Shown piece by piece: positions 30,701-38,755 of a DNA stretch of 59,215 nt (positions are counted from its first letter, which is position 1; each line of letters starts with the position of its first letter). The DNA is from an uncultured Planctomycetaceae bacterium (GTDB taxonomy: Bacteria > Planctomycetota > Phycisphaerae > SM23-33). The position numbers were made by a program, and so were the translations under genes. The stretch is taken from the NCBI GenBank assembly GCA_964449175.1, contig CAYUYH010000001.1, forward strand, positions 1-59,215, in the 5' to 3' direction. The notes under the pieces were generated by a model, which searched no databases, was not told the DNA's origin, and saw only the letters and a list, made by a program, of their open reading frames with translations.

Positions 30701-31855
30701 GAGCAGAGAGAGGCGATCGACGCCCGCCTCGGACCCGACGCGCCTTGCGACCAGCCGCGCCTGCCGGACGCCGAGCTGTACGAGCTGGTCAAGACCATCG
30801 ACTTCTCCCAGGGGCTGCCCCTGGAGAACACGTTCCTCTACTACTGCGGCCGAAAGGCGCCCGCCGGCGGCAGGATAGTCGACCTCGGCACCGGGCACGG
30901 CGGGTCGGCCTATGTGTTCGCCCGCGCAGTGCAAGGCCGCGACGTGCGTATCGTCAGCGTCGACCATCGCAGCGACTCTCAGGCCGTCGAGCGGCTCAAG
31001 AACACGCCCGTCGAGCTGGTCGAGGCCGATTCGGTGGCCTACGCCAAGAAGTGGCGCCGGCGCAAGGACAGCCGGATCGACCTGCTGTTCATCGACAGCG
31101 GGCACGCCCTGGCCGACGTGTTCAGGGACTATCGCGCGTGGATCGGCTTCGTCGAGCCGCGCGGCGTCGTGGTCTTCCACGACCACGACGTGGCCTCCGA
31201 CGGCGGCACGAACCACTTCGGCGTCCGCGTGTTCATAGACGCGCTGCGCCAGAGGGAGTGCCTGTCGGACCTCTATCACAGCCAGCGGTGCTGCCTGGGC
31301 GTCAAGCCGCCCGGAGAATTGCGGGAGGTGACCCTGGACGACTGCAAGGCGGCGCTCAAGAGGATCGCGGCGAACATCTGCAACATCCTCGACGGCAAGG
31401 CCACGGTCATCAAGGCCTGGCCGAACACGGCCTCGCGGCTGGTCCAGGTCCTCTCGCCGCGGATGCCGGCGCGCATCTGCACGCCGCCGGATAGCGCCGA
31501 GCCGCTCGTGATCGTCGGCAGCGACCAGGGCCTGGATGCCGCCGTCGCCGCCGGACAGGCGCCGCCGATCGACGCCCGGGCGGACAAGCTCACCCTGCTG
31601 TACGTGCTGGACGAGCTGATACGGACCTCCGATGAGCGGACCGTGATGACGATCTCCGCCAACCGCAACGCGATGCTGCACTGGCGAGAGGGCATCTCGA
31701 TGCTCGCCCAGGCGACAAACGCCGGCGGATTCCCCCGTCAGCTGGACGCGATAGACGCAACGAAAAACATCGAGGAGCTGTCACGCTACGTAGCCCTCGA
31801 GCAGACCCGGCTGCTCATGCTGATGGAGCTGGAGCAGCCCGCGACGTACCTGTAG
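27725..31855 (+). CDS. 1376-aa multidomain protein: GT-A-like domain, two small 'GxNIV' modules, a roughly 380-aa coiled coil, a Pro-rich linker, a class I SAM methyltransferase and a C-terminal domain
   Basis: The ATG overlaps the previous stop (TGATG). The N-terminus is paralogous to 48203..49771. There is no Pro between about nt 29354 and 30493. PELPEEPPPPAAPEPADAAPPPPPAKPPPPAP linker. MTase motifs RIVDLGTGHGGSA and DLLFIDSGH. Confidence 0.8.
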   Translation: MEYIRNNEGARPLVSIILLDWGVRESFHAVHYLNHQAFPRDRYEIIWVEFYDHKPEALARAQQRASDDRDFRLDKWIILGYPESVYYHKHLMYNIGFIAAAGEICAICDSDAIYPPTFIRSLHNAMKISKDLVVHVDQVRSENRKFYPFNYPRTDDILQAESLVNWTGSTTTGLANSADFVHDVNYGACMCARRRDIIGVGGADEHIEYLGYICGPYDLTWRLVNAGKHEQWLTHEFTYHTWHPGQAGHRNFGGPHDGRNVSSRALEARDTGRVMPFVEDPAILQLRQGTTKSADELLDELMRIDRSQWANPEQFLTVQAPVQLVKSNYRGHNIVFYKDEYYGMPHDWGEFSRPRAEGGDYDEVAGDSVEKVKRLIDERVGEAEPAEAGVYASASQHDHGAADCDEMPKEPTPPLAQAEVETQVLQPVAQLLSSEQAFADADGEIPDPAKIAPILVREGCRGLNIVRHDGEYYAVSQDGGAFDPDRLTAGRYGICYWGASEQEVVAKATREPATRVGQWALRPVRGGIARRIARKLLDPRGSRRLLRELGRQQAVDTMRQKRSVHLSQQLLRERQRLHAQLAANEAQRAHLAAEQQRLATERAALANRQGEFDAQLADLADKHARLEALSASATRTEAVDRLRKELAGQAMAVTRVRQEATAQKDQLRQALERIEDQDQALRRSHQEAKERNEVLRRALSTLREHEQAQRRSRLEMESQEQLQRQTADELAAQEQTLKAVREALSAQQQSLDEGRRQAEQHTEALRLAGQARQQQEQLLQAARADLDQQIQAVTETRGDVQAQRQLIDESRQQVQQHAEDLRVATEAQRQQEQLLQAARADLDQQTQAIAETRGQVQAQRQLIDETRQNQEYALRLTSQTQQEHGRLLEAVRQEIAQQRQALEQTRAEVERQRESVETFYRMVAEVAFHRVAADLKAPIGEGAAGIPLGHPELPEEPPPPAAPEPADAAPPPPPAKPPPPAPQVAPELACTAEQREAIDARLGPDAPCDQPRLPDAELYELVKTIDFSQGLPLENTFLYYCGRKAPAGGRIVDLGTGHGGSAYVFARAVQGRDVRIVSVDHRSDSQAVERLKNTPVELVEADSVAYAKKWRRRKDSRIDLLFIDSGHALADVFRDYRAWIGFVEPRGVVVFHDHDVASDGGTNHFGVRVFIDALRQRECLSDLYHSQRCCLGVKPPGELREVTLDDCKAALKRIAANICNILDGKATVIKAWPNTASRLVQVLSPRMPARICTPPDSAEPLVIVGSDQGLDAAVAAGQAPPIDARADKLTLLYVLDELIRTSDERTVMTISANRNAMLHWREGISMLAQATNAGGFPRQLDAIDATKNIEELSRYVALEQTRLLMLMELEQPATYL
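29987..30322 (+). repeat. Tandem 168-nt (56-aa) repeat inside the coiled-coil region. Two near-identical units are flanked by diverged units
   Basis: Unit 1 is RRQAEQHTEALRLAGQARQQQEQLLQAARADLDQQIQAVTETRGDVQAQRQLIDES. Unit 2 is RQQVQQHAEDLRVATEAQRQQEQLLQAARADLDQQTQAIAETRGQVQAQRQLIDET. The DNA cores 30044..30160 and 30212..30328 are roughly 80-85 % identical by eye. Confidence 0.8.
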
Positions 31856-31896
31856 CGGCGGACCGCGCCGCTGGGCCGCACGTGGGAGGTGAACCG

Positions 31897-32808
31897 ATGC
31901 GTCAGTTGAGTGCCAAGGAAACTTCAGAGCTGGAGTTCTGGATCGACCACGTCCACGGCGGCGGCTGCGAGAGGGAGTCGGGCCGGCCCTTCCTCGAGCA
32001 GTGGCGCGACGGGGCGAGGGGCAGGCTGAAGTTCTACTTCGAGAACATCCACGACGCCATCGCCCGGGACGGCGCCACGTGGGTGGACGTGGGCTGCGGG
32101 CCGTTCTCCGTCCTGATGGAGGCGCCCGCCGGCATCACCAAGATAATGGTCGACCCGCTGATGAAGTTCTACCTCCACCACAAGCTTGTGCCGCCCGTCG
32201 AGGACACCTCGCGGCACGTCTTCATCGAGGCCGCCGGCGAGGACCTGCCGCTGGCCGACGAGACGGCCGAGATGGTCTTCTGCACGAACACGCTCGATCA
32301 CGTCGCCGATCCGTGGCAGACGCTGTCGGAGCTGGTGCGAATCCTGAAGGTCGGGGGGCACCTGATCATCGACACGGACACCGAGGGCCAGACCGACGAG
32401 ATGCACCCGCATGCCCTGAAGGTCGCCGAGGTGGAGAAGTGCCTGGCCGAGATCGGCGCGCCCAGGACGTTCAGCCACTTCCCCAAAGGGGTCAAGCGTC
32501 GCCCGGGCGCGGTGCTGTACTTCGGCTTCTTCAAGAAGACCGCGCGCCGGCCCGAGCATGCGGAAGCAGTCCCGGCCGGTGCGTCTCATCCGTCGCTGGT
32601 GGCCGAGGGAGTGGACGGGTTCAACATCATCAAGCTGTCCGACTCGCGCCAAGGGGACAGGTACTACGCCATACTGCAGGGCGACGGGGCGTTCTCCTAC
32701 GAGAAGGTCGTCAACTCCGAGTACACTGTCGTGCTGGACGGCAAGAGCGTCGGCCAGGTCAAGCGGGCCATCGGGCGCTACTCCCGCAGCCGACAGCCGA
32801 GCGCCTAG
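31897..32808 (+). CDS. Class I SAM-dependent methyltransferase with a C-terminal 'GFNII' module
   Basis: VDVGCGPFS motif I and LVRILKVGGHLII. GGAGGTGA upstream of the ATG at 31897. C-terminal GVDGFNIIKLSDSRQGDRYYAILQGDGAF. Confidence 0.75.
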   Translation: MRQLSAKETSELEFWIDHVHGGGCERESGRPFLEQWRDGARGRLKFYFENIHDAIARDGATWVDVGCGPFSVLMEAPAGITKIMVDPLMKFYLHHKLVPPVEDTSRHVFIEAAGEDLPLADETAEMVFCTNTLDHVADPWQTLSELVRILKVGGHLIIDTDTEGQTDEMHPHALKVAEVEKCLAEIGAPRTFSHFPKGVKRRPGAVLYFGFFKKTARRPEHAEAVPAGASHPSLVAEGVDGFNIIKLSDSRQGDRYYAILQGDGAFSYEKVVNSEYTVVLDGKSVGQVKRAIGRYSRSRQPSA

Positions 32809-33407
32809 CCGCCCTGCCACAGCGGGATGTTCGCCGCCTTCGTGCAGATCGCGTCGAAGACTATCCCCTCCGATGCGATCTGCCGCCTGTAGTCGGGAAT
32901 CTCCTCGGCCCGGCCCACTAGGTCCGGCGAGACCAGGCAGAGCTTGAAGCCCGCCTCGGTCAGCGCGGCGTACGTCTCGCCGCCGATGGGCAGCCGCGAG
33001 AAGCAGTCCACCCACACCCACCCCACGCGCCCCTGCATGGCCAGGATCGTGTCCAGGCCCTCGAACTCCGAGAACCTCAGCGCGATGTTCCGCTCGCCCG
33101 CCCTGCTGAGCGCGACGATCATCGGAAACGAGCAGTCCAGGAAGAAGTACCGGCTGACGCCGCGGGCGGCCAGCATCTCAGCCACTCTGTGCTCGATCCG
33201 CTCGCTCTTGATGTTCAGGATCATCGTACCGTGGCGATACTGGTCCAGGTAGTCGGCGAAGTCCTCGCCGTCGGCGAACGGATCGTGCTGCATGATCACC
33301 TTCTCGCCGCGGTCGCGCAGGTCGACCTCCACGCCGTAGTCTCTCGGCAGGTCGCGCAACTGGGCTATCGTGTTGATGCGATGCGCGATGAACTCGGTAC
33401 GCGGCAT
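32805..33407 (-). CDS. GDPD/PI-PLC-like phosphodiesterase-fold protein
   Basis: FIAHRINT...GVEVDLRDRGEKVIMQHDPF matches the glycerophosphodiester-phosphodiesterase pattern (HR...E.D...HD). 200 aa. Confidence 0.5.
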   Translation of the reverse strand: MPRTEFIAHRINTIAQLRDLPRDYGVEVDLRDRGEKVIMQHDPFADGEDFADYLDQYRHGTMILNIKSERIEHRVAEMLAARGVSRYFFLDCSFPMIVALSRAGERNIALRFSEFEGLDTILAMQGRVGWVWVDCFSRLPIGGETYAALTEAGFKLCLVSPDLVGRAEEIPDYRRQIASEGIVFDAICTKAANIPLWQGG

Positions 33408-33416
33408 GGCTGGACC

Positions 33417-34454
33417 CTATCGCTCGGCGCTCATGTCCACCACGACCTTGACGATGTCGTGCGGCCTGGGGTCGGTCTTCAGCGAGTACATTCTCTCCAG
33501 CATCTCGCCGAGCTGTGCCAGCGCGATGCGGTGGGTCACCAGACCCTTGACCCAGTCGGCGGCGCCGATCAGCCTGAGGGCCTCGGACCAGTCGTCCGCC
33601 TCGCCGCGCTGGTAGCTGGAGTTCCACACGCCCGAGATGCGAAGCTCCCTGCGGAGGACGCCGGACACCTCGCCCTTCGCCAGCGTCAGGTCACCGGTGA
33701 TGTTGCCCGCCCAGATGACCTGCCCGCAAGGCTGGGCCAGCTTGAGGGACTGCCGGAACATGCTGGCTGCCCCGGCGGCGGTCACGACCAGGGCAAATCG
33801 GCCGTCCGTGGCCGGCGCCTCGGCGGCGGGCATTGCCGTAAGTCCCATATTAGCAGCCAGTTGGAGCTTGAACTGATTCCTGTCAATCACGGTGACGCTG
33901 TAGCCTCGCTCGGCCAGCAGCTTGGCGGCCGTCAGGCCGATCAGCCCGGCGCCTATGACGGCCGCCGGGGCGCTTCGCTCCGGCGGCGGTGCCTGGCGGG
34001 CGATGTGAACGCCGACGGCCATCGGCTCGCACAGGCAGGTGAGCGACGCGTCTACTCCATCCGCTACGGGTAGCAGGTTCCACTCGTCGGCGGTGAGGTA
34101 CTCCTGGAAGCCGCCGTCGCGACGCGAGCCGAAATAGTCGTAGCCCTTGCATAGTGCCCAGTGGCCTTGGCGGCAGGGCTCGCACGGTCTGCACGGGATC
34201 AACGGGAACACCGCGACGTTCTGCCCCGGCGCGAGCGACCGCACGCCGGGGCCCACTTCGACGACCCGGCCGGCGATCTCGTGGCCCATCACCAACGGAT
34301 ACGAATACGCCCCGCCGGCGAACGCGCGGAAGATGTCGGAGTTGCACACGCCGACCGAGCCGACCTTGACCAGGCACTGGCCGTCGCAGGCGGACGGCGG
34401 CGGGCGATCCTGAATCTCCAGGACGCCGTTAGATGTGAGCACCGCTGCCTTCAA
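33417..34454 (-). CDS. Zn-dependent medium-chain dehydrogenase/reductase (polyol/polyol-phosphate dehydrogenase-like)
   Basis: GVCNSDIFRAFAGGAYSYPLVMGHEIAGRVVEVG and GAGLIGLTAAKLL Rossmann motif. The likely start is the TTG at 34454 (LKAAVL...), preceded by GAGGAGG. The ORF-track start is 34475. Confidence 0.8.
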   Translation of the reverse strand: MKAAVLTSNGVLEIQDRPPPSACDGQCLVKVGSVGVCNSDIFRAFAGGAYSYPLVMGHEIAGRVVEVGPGVRSLAPGQNVAVFPLIPCRPCEPCRQGHWALCKGYDYFGSRRDGGFQEYLTADEWNLLPVADGVDASLTCLCEPMAVGVHIARQAPPPERSAPAAVIGAGLIGLTAAKLLAERGYSVTVIDRNQFKLQLAANMGLTAMPAAEAPATDGRFALVVTAAGAASMFRQSLKLAQPCGQVIWAGNITGDLTLAKGEVSGVLRRELRISGVWNSSYQRGEADDWSEALRLIGAADWVKGLVTHRIALAQLGEMLERMYSLKTDPRPHDIVKVVVDMSAER

Positions 34455-35559
34455 GGGCGCCTCCTCGCTTGGCAAACACCCAGAACTTCATTCCGCAGAA
34501 GTTGACTATCGCGCTGACGAGTATCGCGAGCACCTGCCCGAGCTCCGGCCAGATGCCGATCACCTTCACGGCCAGGTATATCGTGACCGTGTTGGCGCCG
34601 AGCGAGGCCAGGTTCACTATCAGGAACTTCCACAGCTCGTGCGCCATGTTCGTGCCCGCGATGCCGAACACGAACGAGCGATTGAGGAAGAAACCCACGA
34701 CAAACCCTGCGAAGAACCCTGCAACCGAGCACACGACCGGGTCCAATCCAACCGCCCACAGCAGGACGATGAACGTGACGTAGTTCGTGGTGTTCGTGAC
34801 GGCGCCGGACAGGCCAAAGCGCAGCACCTGGCCGATGGGGTTGTCCTTCCTGCGCCAGTCGCGCCAACCCATCAGGAAGATGCTCTCGAGGTACTTGGCA
34901 ATCGTTTTGTACTTCTTCAGCAGCGTGCTCGCCCACTTCGACTCGCCGTGCAGCCGCTGGTCGAAGCTCACCTCGATCGAGTTGACGTCCAGGCCCTCTC
35001 TGGCGCCCGCCCAGAACACGTACGTGTCATAGGAGAAGTCCATCGGCGGCTGACCCATCGTCTCCAGCAGCGAGCGGTGGAATACCTTCGGCTGGCCGTT
35101 GATGTCCTCGACGTTCACGCCGGTCAGCGTCGCCGTGATGATGCGCAGCCAGCGGGTGAGCACGCTGGCCCCGTCCCGGCCCGGACGCAGTCCCCGGATG
35201 ATCCCGCGCGTGATGTCAACTTCGCCGGACTCGATCAGCTCGAACGCGCGGAAGATGTCCTCCGGCGGCGTCTGGGCGTCGGCGTGGGAGTAGGCCAGTA
35301 TCTCCCCCCGGGCGGCTGAGAGCCCCGCGTGGATGCCGTGGCCGTAACCGATGTTCTGGTTGATCGTTACGACGCGCACGAACTCGCCGTCGCCGCCCGA
35401 CTGGATCGCCGCCATCACCTCAGCCGTCTCGTCCGTCGAGCCGTTGTTGACCAACACCAGCTCGAAGTCCCAGTTGGCGGCGAATCTCTTGAACCGCTCC
35501 ACCACGACGGGGATGTTCGCGGACTCGTTGTAGCAGGGCAACACGATGCTGTACTTCAT
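34429..35559 (-). CDS. Polyprenyl-phosphate glycosyltransferase (GT2, GtrB/DPM1-like) fused to a GtrA-like 4-TM domain
   Basis: MKYSIVLPCYNESANIP...LVLVNNGSTDET...YSHADAQ. C-terminal LRFGLSGAVTNTTNYVTFIVLL...IVNFCGMKFWVF (GtrA signature). Confidence 0.8.
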   Translation of the reverse strand: MKYSIVLPCYNESANIPVVVERFKRFAANWDFELVLVNNGSTDETAEVMAAIQSGGDGEFVRVVTINQNIGYGHGIHAGLSAARGEILAYSHADAQTPPEDIFRAFELIESGEVDITRGIIRGLRPGRDGASVLTRWLRIITATLTGVNVEDINGQPKVFHRSLLETMGQPPMDFSYDTYVFWAGAREGLDVNSIEVSFDQRLHGESKWASTLLKKYKTIAKYLESIFLMGWRDWRRKDNPIGQVLRFGLSGAVTNTTNYVTFIVLLWAVGLDPVVCSVAGFFAGFVVGFFLNRSFVFGIAGTNMAHELWKFLIVNLASLGANTVTIYLAVKVIGIWPELGQVLAILVSAIVNFCGMKFWVFAKRGGALEGSGAHI

Positions 35560-35566
35560 GCCTGCC

Positions 35567-36355
35567 TTACCTCTGCTGCCAGCCGCTATAGGGGTGGCTC
35601 TCCTCGTGGAAGAAGAAGTCCTCCCACGCCTGGTACAGTTGCAGCTCCAGCGGGTCGCCGAAGGAGATGAACTTCTCCACGGGGAATATGCGGACGTTCT
35701 TGCCGCGGGCGATCACCTCGTTGATGCTCGTGCCCACGTAGAACTCGTTGTTCACGCGGACGTTCTTGTCGATCATCGCCCGGGCGCCGTCGATGAAGTC
35801 GCCAGACCTGCGATAGTAGAACGTGCCCACGACGGCTGGGTCGTACTCGGGCCTGTCGGAGATGATCCGCTTCTCCACCACCTCGGTGACCCTGTCGCCG
35901 TCGGTGCGGCAGAACGCGAAGGCCGCGGGATCCTTCATGCAGACCGACCCCATCTGGAACGTGAAGATCACCACGTCGACTGTCTTGTCCGCGGCGAGCA
36001 GGTCCCAGGCCGCGTGGTCGTAGATGATCTGGTAGTCGATGCTCGAGATCAGCAGCTCCTCCTCGCTGCGGATGTGCTTCTCAGCCAGCAGGCACGTGCA
36101 GGCCTGTCCGTCGGTCACTTCGGGCACGGAGACGATGGCGGAGTTGCGGAAGTACTTCCGCGTCTCCTCGGCGAAGGGGTAGCGCTGGAGGAACTGCTCC
36201 AGGCAGATGAACACGAATCGGTCCGCCGGCGGGAACGAGCTGATCGCCGCCACAAACATCGGCTGTCCCATAATCGGGATGAACGGCTTTGGCAGGCGAT
36301 AGCCGGCCTGGCTGAACCGTCTGCCCCCGCCGGCCATGGGAATCAGACTAAGCAT
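35567..36355 (-). CDS. Sugar/polyol-phosphate nucleotidyltransferase-like protein (GT-A/NTP-transferase fold), copy A
   Basis: LIPMAGGGRRFSQAGYRLPKPFIPIMGQPM (G-x-G-x-R...PKP signature). Tandem paralog of 36348..37136. Confidence 0.55.
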   Translation of the reverse strand: MLSLIPMAGGGRRFSQAGYRLPKPFIPIMGQPMFVAAISSFPPADRFVFICLEQFLQRYPFAEETRKYFRNSAIVSVPEVTDGQACTCLLAEKHIRSEEELLISSIDYQIIYDHAAWDLLAADKTVDVVIFTFQMGSVCMKDPAAFAFCRTDGDRVTEVVEKRIISDRPEYDPAVVGTFYYRRSGDFIDGARAMIDKNVRVNNEFYVGTSINEVIARGKNVRIFPVEKFISFGDPLELQLYQAWEDFFFHEESHPYSGWQQR

Positions 36356-37136
36356 AGCTTATCCGCCTGGCGGCCGTCGCCGGGATATCGTTCCTGAAGT
36401 AGTCGGACCAGAAGGCGAACTGCTCGACGTCGCGCGGCGTGCCCCAGCAGATGAACCGCTCGACCTCGTAGGCGATGACCTTCATGCCTCCGGCGACCAT
36501 GGGGCTGTAGATAAGGCTGATGTAGAACTCCCCGCCGACGTTCTCGCCGGCGGCGAGGACCTGCCGGGCGAATTGCCTGTACGTCCGCCACGACCTGACG
36601 TAGTACACGCCCGTCGAGGCGGGCTCCTCGTGACGATGCTCGGTGAAGGACTGCTTCTCGCGGAGCTCGAGCATCTCTCCCAGCTCGTTGCACCGCAGGT
36701 AGGCGTAGTAGGTATTGCCGAACGAGGCCGGGTGATAGCCCTTGAACACGGCGACGCCGCCGTCGTACCCGTCAACCTTCCAGAGGAACTTGCGGTAGTC
36801 CCAGTGCTGGTAGAAGTCGCAGTAGGTGAAGATGACCGGCTCGTCGTCGTCTATGACGGGGTCGGCCGCCAGCGCGGTCTGAATCGGCCCCATGTCGTGC
36901 GGGTCGATCTCGATGATCGTGTACCTGGGCACGGCGGATGTGAGTATGTCGCGGTACTCCGGCACGGCCCAGTGCGCACGCTGGACGATGAACACGAACT
37001 CGTCGTCCTGGCTGAACATCTCGCAGACCCTATGGCACATGGGCCTGCCGTCTATGGGCATGAACTGCTTGGGCACGGTGTAGCCGGCTCGCCTGAACCG
37101 CTCGGAATTCCCCGCCATGGGAATGACAATGTGCAT
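36348..37136 (-). CDS. Sugar/polyol-phosphate nucleotidyltransferase-like protein, copy B
   Basis: VIPMAGNSERFRRAGYTVPKQFMPIDGRPM. Same length (262 aa) as copy A, with an 8-nt overlap. Confidence 0.55.
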   Translation of the reverse strand: MHIVIPMAGNSERFRRAGYTVPKQFMPIDGRPMCHRVCEMFSQDDEFVFIVQRAHWAVPEYRDILTSAVPRYTIIEIDPHDMGPIQTALAADPVIDDDEPVIFTYCDFYQHWDYRKFLWKVDGYDGGVAVFKGYHPASFGNTYYAYLRCNELGEMLELREKQSFTEHRHEEPASTGVYYVRSWRTYRQFARQVLAAGENVGGEFYISLIYSPMVAGGMKVIAYEVERFICWGTPRDVEQFAFWSDYFRNDIPATAARRISYA

Positions 37137-37153
37137 TGCGTCGATCCTTCAGT

Positions 37154-38059
37154 TCAGCACAGACAATGCGGTCTCCAGTAGGCCACGGACTGCTTGAGGT
37201 CGTCGCCCATCCGCCTCTCAGCCGGGCCTCGCTCGCGGAAACTGATCTCCAGAATGAAGCACACGTCCGTCGCCCCGCCGGCCTCGAAGGCCTGGACGAC
37301 CCTTTCCGGCGTGATCTTTCCCCGCCGGTTGTGTTCGGTGGTGAACGGCCAGTGCCCGCCCTTGTCGTCATGGGACTGCTTGAGATGGATGATGGGGGTG
37401 ATGGCCGCGAAGTGCTCGATCCATGCGTACGGGTCGTTGTCGCGCGCGTCGGCCGAGTCGATATCGCCGTGGTCCACGTCGAGGCACAGCCGCATCGGGA
37501 TGGCAAAATCAGCAAGGGCGGCCTGGATATCCTCGGTCTCGCGGATCGTGCCGCCATACTCCCGCGGGATCGACATCGGCTCCCACGTGAGATACTCCAA
37601 CCCCGCCTTGTGGCCGTGGTCGGCCAGCCGGCGCCAGCAGTCCACGTTGTCGTCGAACACCCCGCGGTGCCTGGCCGGGGCGCTGCAATCGGGGATGGTC
37701 TGGATGCCGAAGTGGCTGCCCATGCTTCTGGCCCCAAGGGCCACGGAGACGTCCGCGAAGGCCTTGAACCACCGCAGCCAATACTCGCGCACCTCGCGGT
37801 CCGGATGGCCGAAGTGGTTGAGGCGCGTAAACGCCCCGGTGAACGTCGAGTGGACGGTCAGCCCATGGTCGTCGGCGATCCGCCGCGTCCGCTCGGCGAT
37901 CCGCATGGCCAGCGGGTCGAGCATGTAGGGCATGAGCATGTCGGCGGTGAGCTGAACACAGTTGATGTCCAGCTCCTCGCGGACAAAGGGGATCCACTGC
38001 TCCGGCGGGGTGAAGCGGTTCACAGCGAAGCCCGTGTTGACCGCCAGCGCGATCTTCAT
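37154..38059 (-). CDS. Sugar-phosphate isomerase/epimerase (xylose-isomerase-like TIM barrel)
   Basis: 301 aa. MKIALAVNTGF...HSTFTGAF...GSHFG...LDVDHGD pattern of the AP-endonuclease-2/TIM family. Confidence 0.6.
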   Translation of the reverse strand: MKIALAVNTGFAVNRFTPPEQWIPFVREELDINCVQLTADMLMPYMLDPLAMRIAERTRRIADDHGLTVHSTFTGAFTRLNHFGHPDREVREYWLRWFKAFADVSVALGARSMGSHFGIQTIPDCSAPARHRGVFDDNVDCWRRLADHGHKAGLEYLTWEPMSIPREYGGTIRETEDIQAALADFAIPMRLCLDVDHGDIDSADARDNDPYAWIEHFAAITPIIHLKQSHDDKGGHWPFTTEHNRRGKITPERVVQAFEAGGATDVCFILEISFRERGPAERRMGDDLKQSVAYWRPHCLC

Positions 38060-38754
38060 GCCTCACCACCCAGGCCGCGCCCCTCGTCTATGGCGCCCTT
38101 CAGCCGAACGAAGCTCTCAGCCAGGGGAACGTCGGACGTGAACAGCCCCGAGGTGCCGAGGACCAGCATGTCCGCGCCCGCGGCGACCATGTTCGGGATG
38201 TTGGCGAAGCTGACGTTGCCGTCAACGACTATGTCCAGCTTGTAGCCGGCGCGGTCGCGCCACTCCTTCAGCCGCTCGATCTTCTTCAGCACCTGGGGGA
38301 CGATCCTCTGGCTGGGCGCGCCGGGGTTGACCGTCATGATGGTGACAAGGTTGACCTCCTCGACGACGTACTCGATGTGGTCCAGCGTGGTGGCCGGGTT
38401 GACCACCAGCCCGGGCGAGAAGCCCAACTGGCGCAGCTTCACCAGCTCGCGATGGAGGTTCCTGCACGCCTCGTAGTGCAGGCTGACGCGAGCGCCTTCC
38501 TGCCGCGGTATGAACTCGAAGATCCGCTTGGGCTCCTCGACCATCAGGTGATAGTCCGACTGGAGCGAGGTGCTGGCGATGATCTTGCGGATGAGGTAGA
38601 ACGGCAGGCCGAACTCCGGCACGAAGTAGCTGTCGCAGACGTCGTAGTGCATGTAGTCGACCGGGAAGCCCTCCAGCAGCTCGATGTCGTGCTTCGGGTC
38701 GAAGAAGTTCATGCAGATCGCGGATGCCGAGATTTTGATGCCGTTGTACGCCAT
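38056..38754 (-). CDS. Ribulose-phosphate 3-epimerase family protein (divergent)
   Basis: ISASAICMNF...YMHYDVCDSYFVPEFG...HLMV...VTIMTVNPGAPSQ...IVVDGNV...AGADMLVLGTS follows the Rpe scaffold, with substitutions in the MDGHFVPN motif. Confidence 0.65.
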   Translation of the reverse strand: MAYNGIKISASAICMNFFDPKHDIELLEGFPVDYMHYDVCDSYFVPEFGLPFYLIRKIIASTSLQSDYHLMVEEPKRIFEFIPRQEGARVSLHYEACRNLHRELVKLRQLGFSPGLVVNPATTLDHIEYVVEEVNLVTIMTVNPGAPSQRIVPQVLKKIERLKEWRDRAGYKLDIVVDGNVSFANIPNMVAAGADMLVLGTSGLFTSDVPLAESFVRLKGAIDEGRGLGGEA

Positions 38755-38755
38755 T

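Noticed and set aside
31854-31872. GC-rich 7-bp hairpin (AGCGGCG-GACCG-CGCCGCT) immediately after the stop codon of the giant gene.
   Set aside because: It has no U-tract, and the next gene's SD/ATG follows 12-25 nt later. It is more likely a neutral or mRNA-stability element than an intrinsic terminator.
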